This document shows positions 12,840-25,269 of a stretch of DNA of 64,000 bases, piece after piece. The translations under genes were made by a program, and so were the position numbers. The stretch comes from Hydractinia symbiolongicarpus (lineage: Eukaryota). The notes below the pieces were generated by a model. That model was not told the DNA's origin. It saw only the letters and a program-made list of their open reading frames with translations, and made no database searches. Position 1 is the stretch's first letter; every line of letters begins with the position of its first letter. Where the stretch lies: NCBI RefSeq assembly GCF_029227915.1, contig NC_079879.1, forward strand, positions 12,132,720-12,196,719, written 5' to 3'.

Positions 12840-13035
12840 ATATCTTATTAATCATTTATCAAGCACGTGATTACATACATTTTCTTGATCAGCGCTTTAA
12901 ACTCCGCACAATAGAGGCAACGTAAAAACAAGGTTTTTTGCAGATGGGTTGCTGACGTCATCAAAATTCATATGACGCTTATTTTTCAATTTTATCCTGC
13001 CTCAGTGGATTTTTCCACGGGCTTTATCGACTAGT
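12840..13035 (-). repeat. Copy 2 of the same repeat, in inverted orientation
   Basis: Reverse complement aligns with 6518-6700. It ends in gactagt. Confidence 0.6.
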
Positions 13036-13276
13036 CTATGTATTAATAAGTTAGAAATACTGCATTACATCAAGGTACCTTTTTTAATTAGTGCTGTGTA
13101 ATATAGGTAACTACAGTACTTTCACAACAGTTTTACCCATCTTAAATTACTTTATCGGTACACAGCCCATCAACATGTTGTGTTTAAGGAGAAGCAGGTC
13201 TTTATAATGACTTTTTCTTACTTTTTTTGAATGAAATACAATTTTTTTATAATTCACAATTGACTTAAATGTTTAG

Positions 13277-13478
13277 ACAACTCATGTGATTGTGTCAACA
13301 GCAGAATATGCAAAATCCTCATTTCGATGTGAACGAGCAAGAACATACAACATCCCTGTGATTACTTCTGACTTTCTTAAAAATTGTTTGCTATCACAAA
13401 AGCTGGTTGATTTGGAGCCATATTTAGTCTTCAGAAAGTTGGAGAACAATGAATTGAAGACAGGAAAGATTGTAATTG
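13277..13478 (+). CDS. PARP4: PARP4 exon 2 (BRCT)
   Basis: TTHVIVSTAEYAKSSFRCERARTYNIPVITSDFLKNCLLSQKLVDLEPYLVFRKLENNELKTGKIVI. tttag acceptor and gtatgt donor. Confidence 0.85.
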
Positions 13479-13815
13479 GTATGTTGTGTGTTACACAATT
13501 TTTAGATTTTTTTTTTGTTTATCCTCGCAATGAGGCTCAGTATCGCATGTCAGCCAGAAGCGGAGACCACACAGTACAATTTGAGTTGAGCGGGATTCCA
13601 AGTATTTTATTTTTTACAAAGAAAGTTATTGCAAAACAAAAGATACAGGTTGCTAAGCCTACGGGAGCGCAATACCTTTCTATTTTTAAACTGCTCATCT
13701 ATTTTAATATTTGAGTTTGTAATATTCTTTAACCACTACTTTTAGTAATAAAATAAAAGTATTAAAAGTATTAAAATAAAAAATCTGTAGTAACAAAATT
13801 ATTTTGTTTTTTCAG

Positions 13816-13870
13816 AACATTGTGATGACACAAATATGAGAAAAAGAGAGGTTGATCTTACCAGTCTGAA
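13816..13870 (+). CDS. PARP4: PARP4 exon 3
   Basis: EHCDDTNMRKREVDLTSLK. The phase joins exons 2 and 4. Confidence 0.6.
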
Positions 13871-14385
13871 GTTAGTATTTTATGTCATTTTTTTCTATTA
13901 ATTTCTTCAAATTTTAAAACAGAAAGTAAACTTGTTTGTATTTTTGTGACAGTCAAAATGAAATTTTTTAAAATAGTTTCATGTGATTACGTTAAAAAAG
14001 CTTTTGGAATACCAATTCATTTTAGGATATGTTGTAAATTTCTTTCCGATTTTCCCACCGCAGCCTTTTATATGTAATAGACTGCCTTGTCAAAATTGGT
14101 GTACATTTTTATCCATGTAGTTCATTTGTTGTTTGCTATAAAAACCTTAAATATGTTATTTGAAAAACTAAAAAGAAAAATAATTAAACTTGGTAGAGTT
14201 AATAGTTACTTTTTTATGAAGCAACTAAAATGACAAACTGTGACAGAAAACAAGTTTAAAATGTTGGTTTTTTGTCTTAAAATTTTTATTATTTTTTATC
14301 AATTTGCAACATGAATCAATTAAAACAGTTTTAACTTAGTTTTATGTGTATTTTTTAAAACCTTAAAACTGTATTTTGTATTTAG

Positions 14386-14458
14386 AATCTGGTCAGACAA
14401 GGTAGATGGACCTTGGAAGAATACTCCTTTTGAAGTTCCAAAATATGTGCTTTTAAAG
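14386..14458 (+). CDS. PARP4: PARP4 exon 4
   Basis: IWSDKVDGPWKNTPFEVPKYVLLK. tttag acceptor and gtaact donor. Confidence 0.65.
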
Positions 14459-14546
14459 GTAACTTTGAGAGTCTAAACTTTACAGTAACTTTATATGTTT
14501 TATTTCAAAGATAGCTCTGTTACTGTTAACATGTGATTTTACTTAG

Positions 14547-14666
14547 GAATCTCCGAAACAGGAGGAAACCTCTTTTCATTTATTCGAGTTGCATGTGCAA
14601 GTTGATGAACAAAACAATAAGAAGTACAGAGTATGGCATCAATATGGAGGTCATTTGTATTGCAAG
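14547..14666 (+). CDS. PARP4: PARP4 exon 5
   Basis: ESPKQEETSFHLFELHVQVDEQNNKKYRVWHQYGGHLYCK. gttagt donor. Confidence 0.65.
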
Positions 14667-15483
14667 GTTAGTTGTTACGATTTGTTTACCTGCACCAAAC
14701 TGCTATAAATGTGTTAATAACACAGCCGATCCAACATTATAGACTTTTCGTCCGCCTTAAGGTGGGACAGATAATCTTGCATTATCACTTTTATTTTAAA
14801 GCAAAACAGCTTTTATCTTAGAAATTATTATAAATCAGCTTAAAAAAGGACAATGAAAAAAAGTACAGTATTATGACTATAGACAATCATTGTATGAGAG
14901 CTGAAAGATTAGGGAAAAAAATCTTGCAGCAAACTCTTGTTACTTTAAGCTGTATAGATTATACGCAACGAGAAATGGTTGGTGAAAACAAAAATAAAAA
15001 GAAAGAATAAGCCTGTCTCTCTGACACATTAAAACCACTAATGTGAAAGCAAGCCTAAACTATGACTTTCGACAATTTCTTTTGATGTTTGAAACTTTGT
15101 AAAAAGCTCATACTTAACTAATTGTGTCCATTCAAGTCACCCCTTGCCTCCTGTCCTTTTTTAAAATAGAGGGAACCACTTAGTATGTTTATTTTCAGAT
15201 TCAAATACTGTGGTAAGGGAGCAACAGAAAAGTAAAACAGTATTTTTGCTAAAAAACAATGAATGTATCACAGTCTACAAAATATTGTATAAGCAACACA
15301 GAATCTGCATTCTCAAGTGACACTTAACTTTGCAGTGTCTTATTCTTATAAATAGATGACGATAGTCTTTCTTGCATTCTTGTTTGCAGAAATGCCTTGA
15401 TCCTATGTGCACAGATGAATAATGTTAAAAATTTATTAATAATTAATTCTGTTCTATCAAACTATTAATTTTTTTTAATGTAG

Positions 15484-15636
15484 AATCCTCTTGATTTTAA
15501 ATCTGAGTATCGTGTGACATCAACTGGAAGAGAAAGCGAAGAAGTATTGGGTTTATGGAGTGATTTATTTGCTGAGAATACTTTTCAAACAAATCTATCA
15601 AAATCATTGATGATTGGGACAGAATATTTGTATATG
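15484..15636 (+). CDS. PARP4: PARP4 exon 6
   Basis: NPLDFKSEYRVTSTGRESEEVLGLWSDLFAENTFQTNLSKSLMIGTEYLYM. Confidence 0.7.
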
Positions 15637-15740
15637 GTAAACCTTGTTTATCTTTGCTTAAAATTGGTGTCTTTTATGTGTAGTAAGATGCTGCCATAAT
15701 ATTTTTGATCTAACATGGTATATATTTTACCTCCTTTCAG

Positions 15741-16046
15741 TGGCCAGATCGCACACTTGAAAGTATAAATGAGCTTTCCTCAGAGGTTTCTGCACTAATT
15801 GATACATTTTGGACAGAAGCTCATGGTAAACTCAATGAAGTTTTAACAAATCCAATTAAATCATACAATATGGCTGATGTAACGAAAGCTGAAGGGATTT
15901 TACTACGTCTTAAAGATTGTGTTGTGAATAAACAGCCAGTTGAAGATTTAAGTGATGAATTTTATGATGTCATTCAACATCACCATAATCTAAGGATCAA
16001 TATTGAGAACATGAAAATAATTTCTCAAAAGTCAGATTTATGTCAG
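15741..16046 (+). CDS. PARP4: PARP4 exon 7 (PARP regulatory helical region)
   Basis: WPDRTLESINELSSEVSALIDTFWTEAHGKLNEVLTNPIKSYNMADVTKAEGILLRLKDCVVNKQPVEDLSDEFYDVIQHHHNLRINIENMKIISQKSDLCQ. Confidence 0.85.
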
Positions 16047-16137
16047 GTATATGATCTGTATTTCTTGTATCTTGTCTAAGTTTCGTGTTCAAGTTTTTAC
16101 ATGTATTTTTTGTTCACAAATCATTTTTTTTAATAAG

Positions 16138-16292
16138 CTTATTAAAGATTTTGCAAGCATCAATGAATCTACTAATTGGCAAACTAAAACCAGCGCTGAA
16201 GCAAAGTATACAGCTTTAGGCTGCCATATCGAAAAACTGCATGGTGAAAGATACAAGGACGTGCATAAAGATATTATAAATGCTATTAATAG
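16138..16292 (+). CDS. PARP4: PARP4 exon 8
   Basis: LIKDFASINESTNWQTKTSAEAKYTALGCHIEKLHGERYKDVHKDIINAINR, compared with human LIRDM...AKYRALRCKIEH. Confidence 0.8.
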
Positions 16293-16468
16293 GTATTATA
16301 TATACTTCTAATATTTTTTTTACTGAAAGAGGTCGTTAGTAAAAACTGCAGCCGATTGCAATCACACTTCAACAAAACTGTTCCGAAAAATTATTTGTTT
16401 CTCTGGTGTTGTGCAGATATGGAAAAAAACTTGCATTACAATTATAATGATTATTTCTTTTTACACAG

Positions 16469-16568
16469 TAAAGAAGAGATTGAAGTTTTAAATATCTTCG
16501 AGTTGGATCGCTGCTCAGAACCGAAATTGTGTGGTGACAAGTCAGGACCATTTTTCCATGCTTCTGAG
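16469..16568 (+). CDS. PARP4: PARP4 exon 9 (start of the catalytic domain)
   Basis: KEEIEVLNIFELDRCSEPKLCGDKSGPFFHASE. Confidence 0.7.
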
Positions 16569-16948
16569 GTACTACTTTGAATTTTTTTTTTTCTAAAAGC
16601 GTGGAAAACAGACGTTAGACGTTAAGCCAAACAGATGTCATTGATAATGAATTTGATGTTGATACAGTAAAAGGAACTTAATCTAGATAAAATTCTATAT
16701 ATAAATTATTAGAAAAGCTATTTTAAACAAATTATCTGGTATTTGGGAAAACATTGTTAGTATCTTGCCGACAAGGATAATATTGGTTTTCATGTAAATA
16801 CCTAACCAACTTGTCCACCTTCTTATAGGGAATTAACAGCTAACTTAATTAACGAATGTGCAAATGTTATAATTATCAAATATGCAAGTCTTTGTTTATT
16901 TGCTAATATTTCATTTAACTTATGGATTTGTTTTCTTTTTCCTTTTAG

Positions 16949-16977
16949 CCAAAAAATTTTGTTGGAATATTGTCAAG
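16949..16977 (+). CDS. PARP4: PARP4 exon 10 (micro-exon)
   Basis: PKNFVGILS, compared with human PVQNIVGILCRGL. The phase fits. Confidence 0.65.
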
Positions 16978-17151
16978 GTAAAGGAAAATTGTAAATACCA
17001 TCAAATTTAGATTTCAACAGTGTTGTATACAATTCAAAAATTTAGTTAAGAAAAGAAGAAAATTTTCGCGTTTGAAATTTTAGAAATTCAGAGTTATTGT
17101 TTAATTGGTTATAGCTATTAGTTGATAACCATTGTTTTGATATTACTTTAG

Positions 17152-17250
17152 AGGATTACTATTACCAAAAATTGTGGTGAATGATTATGGTGGAAGCCGT
17201 ACAGATGCTGGAATGCTTGGAAATGGAATATATTTCGCAACCTGTCCAAC
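17152..17250 (+). CDS. PARP4: PARP4 exon 11 (catalytic core)
   Basis: RGLLLPKIVVNDYGGSRTDAGMLGNGIYFATCP, compared with human GLLLPKVVEDRGVQRTDVGNLGSGIYFSD. Confidence 0.85.
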
Positions 17251-17543
17251 GTAAAGCTTTTACTTTCTATAATAAAGTACATTTAAGTGCATACAGGCTC
17301 ATACAGATAGATACATACAAAAAATGTAACACGACATTAAAAGGAATCATATTGTTATAAAAAATACTGGAGCGACAAACCAGATAGTTTTTAGAATAAA
17401 TTACATGTTTAATTTAAATTTATTTGAATTGGCAAATGTATTTTGACACACAAGGCGTTAAATAAATGCTCCTTTACGAGCAAAAATTGTCATTCAGGCC
17501 CTCAATCCTCTTAAATATTTAAAAATCTCTTTTTTAAATGTAG

Positions 17544-17628
17544 AACATGCATAAAGTATTCAAAACCATCTTTAATAACTGGTAGCCGATTTATGTTAGC
17601 ATGTCAGTTGTCATTAGGCAAAACAAAG
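17544..17628 (+). CDS. PARP4: PARP4 exon 12
   Basis: TCIKYSKPSLITGSRFMLACQLSLGKTK, compared with human SIKYSHPGETDGTRLLLICDVALGK. Confidence 0.8.
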
Positions 17629-18338
17629 GTAATTTTTGTTATTTCTTTACTCTTGTTTGTTACTATCTCCTTTACCTCGAGGGAACAAATTCTTGTAAAA
17701 ATTAAGTCGTTAAGAATTTAAGTAACACCTGATTATAACTGAGAAAAGGACTTTAAATTATTTAATACCCATAATTTATTCTACATAAATACTTAACTTG
17801 CTTTTAAATCAAGTTTTCTGGTGAAAGAAACCTAACCTAGCTTGGTATTTATTTTTAAATTTTGTATAGAAACCAAATTATTGCATATAAAGTCAGTTAA
17901 AGTAACAACAAGGACCTAAAAATCTTGTCAGAGATATTAATTACCTTCTTAAGGGGCTATTTAGTACAGCTTGTTGTTTCTCTTTCTTATAAAAACAACC
18001 TTTCTATTTTACTGTTATTCATTATATTTTGCAGACTATTTAAGACTGTATTATTTATTACTGGATTGTCAATATTTTTGCAATAAAGGTTATATGCTAT
18101 GATGGAGAATAACATCAATGACAGAGATCTTACTTAAGCCGTTTTGAAGACCTTTTAATAAACTTTTTCAGTATAAATAGACATGTACATTTAAAAACAT
18201 TCAAGGCATTGCGAGAATTATTCTCAAAATCCATGAATTTTTATGAGATGTGACTCTCAAAAAATTTGCATATTTTCGTGAAGGAAGTGCTCTGAAATAT
18301 TTATCCCTTAAGGAATTAAAAGCATTTGTTTTGTTTAG

Positions 18339-18437
18339 GATTATTATGAGTTCAATCAGAGTTTAGTTGGTCCTCCAAATGGTTTTGACAGCACACATGG
18401 TGTTAAAAGTACAAGTAAAGTGCCTTCCGAATTCAAG
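18339..18437 (+). CDS. PARP4: PARP4 exon 13
   Basis: DYYEFNQSLVGPPNGFDSTHGVKSTSKVPSEFK, compared with human EAPPGYDSVHGVSQTASVTTDFE. Confidence 0.8.
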
Positions 18438-19744
18438 GTATATTGTATTATCTATTGTCTTTTGACTTTTCATAGTAAATAATACAGATGTCAAAATTAT
18501 TTACAACCTAGTTGGAATAACGTAAACCTAAAAATTTAAATTCCCCAAATCACCTTACCAATTTAACTTTATTTTTGTGTGTATGAATTTATGAAACTTT
18601 TTGCTATCAAATTCATGGTTTTTGTAAATTTTATTTATTTGCTCATAGTAAATTTTATTGCTCAAAGTAAACTGTTAATACGCTGCAAAAAGAATTTAAA
18701 GTTAGGTTTCGATGTAACCTCCAGGTTATTAAAGCTGTGGCATGGAAGTAATCATTGTTAGCAATATTGAAAGTGTCAAGCATTTTTGTTCAATTAATTA
18801 ACAGAAGCTGTAAAAGCTAAAAGCAAAAATACCCTGATAAACTGATTTTGATGTTGTACAATGAAATAAAAGCCAGGTCAATATGCGAAAGTGTTTTTCT
18901 TGAGTCACAAAGGAAGAAAGCGCATGTTTAATTTCATACATTTGGAATTAGAGTTTAAAAGTTTTGTAAGTTCACAAAACAAAATCTAATCATTATTTAT
19001 GTTAAACGAAACAAAGAGATATTTCTTGTGTGCTATGAAAATCTTTTGTTTATTGGCTTATGTTTTGTGCCACTACTTTAATCAGGCTATCGCCACGTAC
19101 AAAGCCTTCATAAAGCCAAAACCAATCAAATTATTCGATTGTTGTGTCAATCGGGTAAAAGCATACAGTGTAAATAAAAGTGCTTTGTTTCCTCTAAATG
19201 TTTTTCTTTTAATAAAATTGTTGGATATTTCATGTTGAAAATACATGCTTTGGAGCGAGTGGGACTATTTGCAGCAAGCTATTATCTTTTTTAAATTATT
19301 TTTTTATTCCAGAAATCTATGAAAATTGATAAGTATAGCTAAAGAACTAAAAACAAAGTTAAAATCCATATTTTTCATATAAATATCTCACAAAAATAAG
19401 GTTGTGTCAGTTTTATTCATTTGCATGCTTGATCATTAATAACAAATTTAAAAAATCTTTATACATATTCTGTATTTCTTAAAATTAAAATTAAATTTCA
19501 TCCACCCATACTAATACTAAAATTTAAAAATTAATTTCGCCCAATATTTTTTGAATATAAGAAGTCACACTTCCATGTTACGTCAATACTACTATAAAAT
19601 AAATCACTGTAAATACGAAATCCTTGTTGAAGGGCTTTTTTGGCCTCAGGCTAGGGATTGTACAGTGCCAGTTTAAAACCAATCAGTATCCCATTGCTGA
19701 ATTTCTTAAGTAATAATACAGTTGAAAATTTCTTTGTTATATAG

Positions 19745-19788
19745 GATGATGAATATTGTATTTATGATGTTTCGAGGTTGCAAATTAC
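19745..19788 (+). CDS. PARP4: PARP4 exon 14
   Basis: DDEYCIYDVSRLQI, compared with human DDEFVVYKTNQVKM. Confidence 0.75.
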
Positions 19789-19894
19789 GTAAGTCTAACA
19801 TTTGATTTATCGGGATTTAATGCATACACCACTCATGTGAATGTACCTCTAAAAATAATTAAATATATTACTTTAAAATATATGTTTTCTTTAG

Positions 19895-20004
19895 GCACAT
19901 TGTTGAATTTAAAACGCCACAGGACAACCTTCTTGTACACAATTTTAATCCTGAATTATCTGAAGACGAAGGTATTGAATCTGATGTGGAACTGTCGGAG
20001 GAAG
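19895..20004 (+). CDS. PARP4: PARP4 exon 15
   Basis: THIVEFKTPQDNLLVHNFNPELSEDEGIESDVELSEE. Confidence 0.7.
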
Positions 20005-20334
20005 GTGAGTAATTAAAACATTTAAAACATGCTTGGTGTAGCGTACAAGTAGAATGTAATGCTCTTGTCTTTTCTCTTTTAACCAAAGGTTATTTGTGGA
20101 AATATCGCATGTAATTTTTATGGTATTTAATCAGCTAATGTAAATGATTGAGCAAAAAGCCTAATCAGTTTAGCCTTAGTGGCGTTTTAGTCATTTACTA
20201 GTTAAAAGAACATAGGAGTGGTCTGTCACTTTTGTTGACGATACCAATGATCCATGGATACAAAAGGGCTTAAAATGTTATCATGAAAATGTATATGATT
20301 ATGTGCTTTCGCCAAACCATTGAAGATATATTAA

Positions 20335-20470
20335 GGTTGTTGATGAATCCATCCGTCTGTTACAAAACAGATGAGTTGACCCAGCTTAAGAAAATTTGCC
20401 CCGCTTTGATCCCAGATTGTCTCTAGTTACTAATATGGTAAAAGATAACCGATTTCACCCATCTGTTTGT
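20335..20470. repeat. Short MITE-like interspersed repeat with palindromic ends
   Basis: The core gttgacccagctt...gaaaatttgcc...ctagttact is also found at 60510-60600. It has palindromic termini, ctgttacaaaacagatg and catctgtttgtaa. Confidence 0.45.
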
Positions 20471-22759
20471 AAGTTATTTCTCCTCAAAGTTATAATTGCA
20501 TTGAAATGGTTTCGATTAGTATGTAAGACATTTATTTTTTGGTTAGAACACCGCCACTGTGCTTGTCAGACTTAGCGCATTATTTTATAAGATCCCACCA
20601 TCATGTATTTAGTAATGTATTCCATCTTTCAGTTAATTAAATTCAATTTAAATTTGGCAAGGGAAATTTGGAGTGTTGCCTTACCTTGCTTGCCTAAGAT
20701 TTGCAAAATGCAAAAAATGTGTATCAAAACCTGGTACTTGGTGTAAAAGCAGCACATTATTTTTATTATTTGCCCAATACGTTTCGAACTGTACCTTCGA
20801 TCAGATTGGTTAATAATTTAACCTTTGTTAAAGAGTGTTTGCTCAGGGTTTTTATGGCAGCGAAACTGCACATAGCTGTTGTTGTTGCGCCAGATTGTGT
20901 TCCGTGGAGTCGGTAGACTTTGGCTCAGCTAGTTTCTTATTTCTCAGAATTTGGTGAGTTTTTGCAATATGTCTTTTAAAAGAAGAAACATTTCGTGCTT
21001 AAAAAGCAATGATATTTACGAAATTTAAACTCATTATTGAAAGATAAAGTAAACAAATTTTCTAAGTTTGGAATATAGCTATGACTAAAAAAAAGAAATT
21101 TTATAACAATTGAAATCCTTACTTCTGTATTAATGCAATGTGATGGACTATGCTTGGAGGTAAAACTTTTGTATTTTTAATTGTATTGATTTGAAAGAAG
21201 TAAATACATAGTTGCTCTGTCAATTTGTAGCGTAATTATCACTAGTAAGTTTCAACATAAAGCTGTCTAGTTTTTCTTTCGACAAATCCAAAAGAACCTG
21301 CAATTTTCGTTATAAAGACAATTTATAGCAACACAAAATTAAAATCACAAAATCAACATAAAAATAGTTGTATAAAGAGAACACTAGTCTTAAAAGAAAA
21401 ATTGTGACAAGACTTATCTATTGGTTTGAGATAATACCGAAAAAATAAAGCTGATAGATTTAACTAAAATCAGGAAGAACCAAAGTTTTATTTCACGTTT
21501 AATTCATGAAAGTTTTTGACATACTTACTAAAGACGTTATAATGCTGGCAGGTGATAAAAAGTATTGTGATCCTACAAACATGGTAAAGATCACCTTGAT
21601 ATACCTTTACAACTGTAGCCGTAACTGTAGACTAAACAGGACATACTGTAGCAGATAATATAAGTTCTTTGAAAGATCTGTTTTCTTCTTTAAGCATAAA
21701 AACAGTATATAAACTGTATAACAGCTACAATTATTTCCGAGATTGATTTGTCATTTCATTAGTTTCCACCAGGAATTATTGAAGTGATTTTGTGACAGCA
21801 AAACAAAACGAAAGCAATCTCCAAGTTTCTTTTGAAGTTTTGTTTTCAAGTCTAGGAAATTAAATGAAGCAACTGTTGTTTTTCAAGATGTTGGTACAAA
21901 AATAACACAAGGAAAATTTCATAATAAAGTTAAATACACGTAATACATATTTTCTTTAAGTTATAACTCATGTCTACAACTCTAAAACTATATTTATAAC
22001 GGTGAAACATTATTTTATTCTGATAAACTCATTTATTTCAAAACATGATAAATAGAACTACTCTCAGACAATCAGAAGAGGCGCAGTTTAGCATTCCCTC
22101 GCTTCGTCCATTCAAAATGTGTTTGTTTTAATCCCCGCAGACTTACGTCACAAAAAGTAGTATTTTACCGAACAGAAAGTCCTAATTGACACTGTCATTG
22201 CGGGGACCGTACTGTAGGACTACATTGACCTAAAATACCTTGAGAACGAACGCTCACAAATATAAAAAAATTTAACACTATTTAACAAAATATTCACACT
22301 GTATTTACATTTTAAGCACAACTTGTTATCATTCGTTAGTTCTCCTTTAACAAACTATGAGATTGTTTTAAACAATAAAAACAGTTTTTTTTTACTATCG
22401 TCATGTTATTTTTTGATGTTATTTTCCTCAAATGGCATTTACTCATGTGCTAAACTCCAGAGTAAAATATTATACGTAGGGCTATACTTGAAGATATGTC
22501 ACATTGTAGGAAGTAAATAGGGCTATATATAAAATTATGTTTTCAGACTTCTGATTTGCATGTTATTTTTGTCTCACAACTGTTGTAAAATCTTATTAAA
22601 GAATCTGTCGCAACAGAGTATATGGCCTTAAACTAGCATAATTTTCTCTTTCTTCAGTGCTATGTACTGCCCAGAAGGTTTAATGACACCTCTAATTGTA
22701 AACAAGCACTAAAGACCTGTTGTGTATTTGCATCAGTAATTTTACATATTATGTACTAG

Positions 22760-22896
22760 ATTTCAATTTGGATGATGTTCAAAATGTAAAGAATCCCTTG
22801 AACAAAGTTGTTGCTGGTCTGCAAAGTACTGGCGATTCTAAAATACCTCTGACTGCAGTTCATGTCAGAGCAAAGTTACAACATTTAGCTTCAGAG
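22760..22896 (+). CDS. PARP4: PARP4 exon 16 (start of VIT)
   Basis: DFNLDDVQNVKNPLNKVVAGLQSTGDSKIPLTAVHVRAKLQHLASE. Confidence 0.75.
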
Positions 22897-23149
22897 GTAT
22901 GGAGTGATCAATATCAATATATTTATTTATCAAGCAAAAATTGTGACAAAATATGTTTAATTTATTATTGAATAGTGCATATAAGAATAGAAAAACAAGT
23001 TACTAAAACCTGGCCTGGTAATTAAATCAATTAAAAAAGTGTTTAATTTTTCTACAGTTGATATAACCTTTTAGTCGAGCATATAAAGAATTCACACCCT
23101 TAGTTTCCTTCTTCTTAAATATGTTTAAAATTGTATATCATTCTTAAAG

Positions 23150-23234
23150 GTTGTGGTTCTTCAAGCATACACAAATGAAAGCACTGAAGCTATTGAAGCC
23201 AAATACGTTTTTCCTATGGACAGTATGGCAGCAG
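23150..23234 (+). CDS. PARP4: PARP4 exon 17 (VIT)
   Basis: VVVLQAYTNESTEAIEAKYVFPMDSMAA, compared with human VIVFQTYTNKSHVPIEAKYIFPLDDKAA. Confidence 0.85.
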
Positions 23235-23340
23235 GTTTGTGTAATTAAAAAATTATTTTTAATGTATTACAATAACAATGTAGTGATTTTTATTTGCGTA
23301 TTAATTAATGGATGTTTTAACTTATTCTTTTATCCTGTAG

Positions 23341-23480
23341 TGTGTGGTTTCGAAGCGTTTATTAATGGTAAACACATAATCGGTCAGGTAAAAGAAAAAG
23401 AACAAGCACGAAAAGAGTACAAGGAAGCCATTAGCAAAAGTCATGGTGCTTATCTTATGGAAGAACAAGAAGAACAAGCT
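23341..23480 (+). CDS. PARP4: PARP4 exon 18 (VIT)
   Basis: VCGFEAFINGKHIIGQVKEKEQARKEYKEAISKSHGAYLMEEQEEQA. Confidence 0.9.
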
Positions 23481-23641
23481 GTAAGATAAACAAATCTATT
23501 AGGATTTATAACTTTTCTCCTTGTATTACGTAACACGGTTTTACTGAGGTTTTTATGTAGTCAAAATGGATGCATCTGAGATCAAAATTACGTACTGTAT
23601 TTTTAAAACTAAACACTCAAATTCATGATTGGTCTTTGCAG

Positions 23642-23806
23642 GATGTTTTCACTGTAAGTGTTGGGAATCTCCCACCGCATGCTGACGTGTTGATAAAAAT
23701 CACATACGTAGCAGAACTTCCGTTAGAAGGAGAACAAATCAGTTTCATACTGCCTGGATGTGTGGCACCATGGACCAAGAAAACTGCTTTAGCTACTCAA
23801 ATTCAA
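23642..23806 (+). CDS. PARP4: PARP4 exon 19 (VIT)
   Basis: DVFTVSVGNLPPHADVLIKITYVAELPLEGEQISFILPGCVAPWTKKTALATQIQ. Confidence 0.9.
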
Positions 23807-23894
23807 GTAAGATTTAGCTGGCGTTGTGTTTTATTTCAGATTTGGTAATGAACCTAAAAGAAGACCAAGCAATAATCTTTATACATATTTTTTA

Positions 23895-23938
23895 GGATGA
23901 GGTTACTACTGTTAATGTTGATGATGTTAACTCACATG
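23895..23938 (+). CDS. PARP4: PARP4 exon 20
   Basis: DEVTTVNVDDVNSH. The phase joins exons 19 and 21. Confidence 0.55.
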
Positions 23939-24046
23939 GGTACATATTTATTTTCTTCTTATTGTGAGACAATAATTAATATTCTCTTCCCTATTCCACC
24001 ACTTACTCCATTCTTAACCTATAATCCCCTACTTGAATTCCCTTAA

Positions 24047-24778
24047 CCCTATTCGGTCCGGGGTTTTTCGAACATACTATGACCGGGGGCAATAACTTTT
24101 CATAGGGTTGTTCAATTGAATCAAACTTGGCACACTTATAGTACGTCGTAAAAGGAACAAAATGGCAGCCGTATATTTTTGTTTACGTCAGCACATTTTC
24201 TCTGACGTCATCAGAAGCTTGAAATTTGTTAAAAATGCCACTATCTGCTTAAAATTTAATTACTTTTGTTCCACAGCGAATTTTTGCATTCTGTTTGAAG
24301 GTTCTGAAAGCTGAATAAAAGTTATTTAACATATTTTCCGGTTTTTACTTGGATCGCATAAAAAAGTGCTAAAAATCGCCCGAAAATCCGTTTTTTCCCC
24401 GATTTTCGGGTAAAATCCGACAAACTCGAGAAATCGGATTAATCATGTGTCCGAATTAAGCACAATGATTCTTCTTAATAAAACAAAGTTGTGTTGCAAG
24501 TTTGAAGTTCTAAGATTAATTTTAACAGGAGTTATTAAATTTTGCCCATTATAAGGATTTCATAGAGATTTTGAGGGGTAGTTTCGAGTAATGGCCAATA
24601 TCAAAGCCTCTGAAAGGTATGGGACCTAAAAATTTGGCATGTAGGTGTCTAATAGATAAATATCGAAACTCAGTTTCATAGCCATATAACATAGCAATAA
24701 GGAGTTAATAAAGAAAAACCGTCAGGGAGGGGGGGGGGGGGGGGGGGGCGGAATCCGCCCCCCCCGGACCGAATACGG
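24047..24778. mobile_element. piggyBac-like MITE flanked by TTAA, with 17-bp TIRs and an internal G27 homopolymer
   Basis: Left end is ttaa|CCCTATTCGGTCCGGGG (24047-24063). Right end is CCCCGGACCGAATACGG|ttaa (24762-24778). The TIRs differ by one mismatch. TTAA is present on both flanks. The poly-G run is at 24728-24754. The internal sequence is non-coding. The element lies in the PARP4 intron between exons 20 and 21. Confidence 0.65.
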
Positions 24779-25187
24779 TTAATAAATGTCCTTTTCAAGT
24801 GAATGTGCATGTTAGTAAAATTAATTTTAATACGGACTTTTTATGCGTGCTAATTGTTAATCACGTGTTCAGTCTGCAATGCGAAAAATTAAATTTATGT
24901 AAAAAGATTTTTAATGAATTTACTTTGAAAATGTTAATTATTTTGAATAGGACATTTACTTTAATTTCTTTACAAACTTTTAAATATTTCGAGATCTCAA
25001 TTCTTTAGTACATAAATGCTTTCGCCATGTAAACAGCTAGCTCTCTTTTTCGCAAAAAGGCACCTATACTTCTAAAATTGGTAAAGTCTTCAAGTATGCA
25101 ACTTTTGCATTAATATCTTTTATTTTTGTATTCAAACTTATTGCCGACTTTATTTCCTCACTATGTGTTTCTTTGAATGTGATTTAG

Positions 25188-25269
25188 AGACTTCTCACTC
25201 CAGTTATCCGTAGATATGCCATATGACATAAGAAATATCTTCTCGCCAACGCATTCAGTTAAAATTAAG
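25188..25269 (+). CDS. PARP4: PARP4 exon 21
   Basis: DFSLQLSVDMPYDIRNIFSPTHSVKIK, compared with human FSLTMSIEMPYVIEFIFSDTHELK. Confidence 0.8.
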
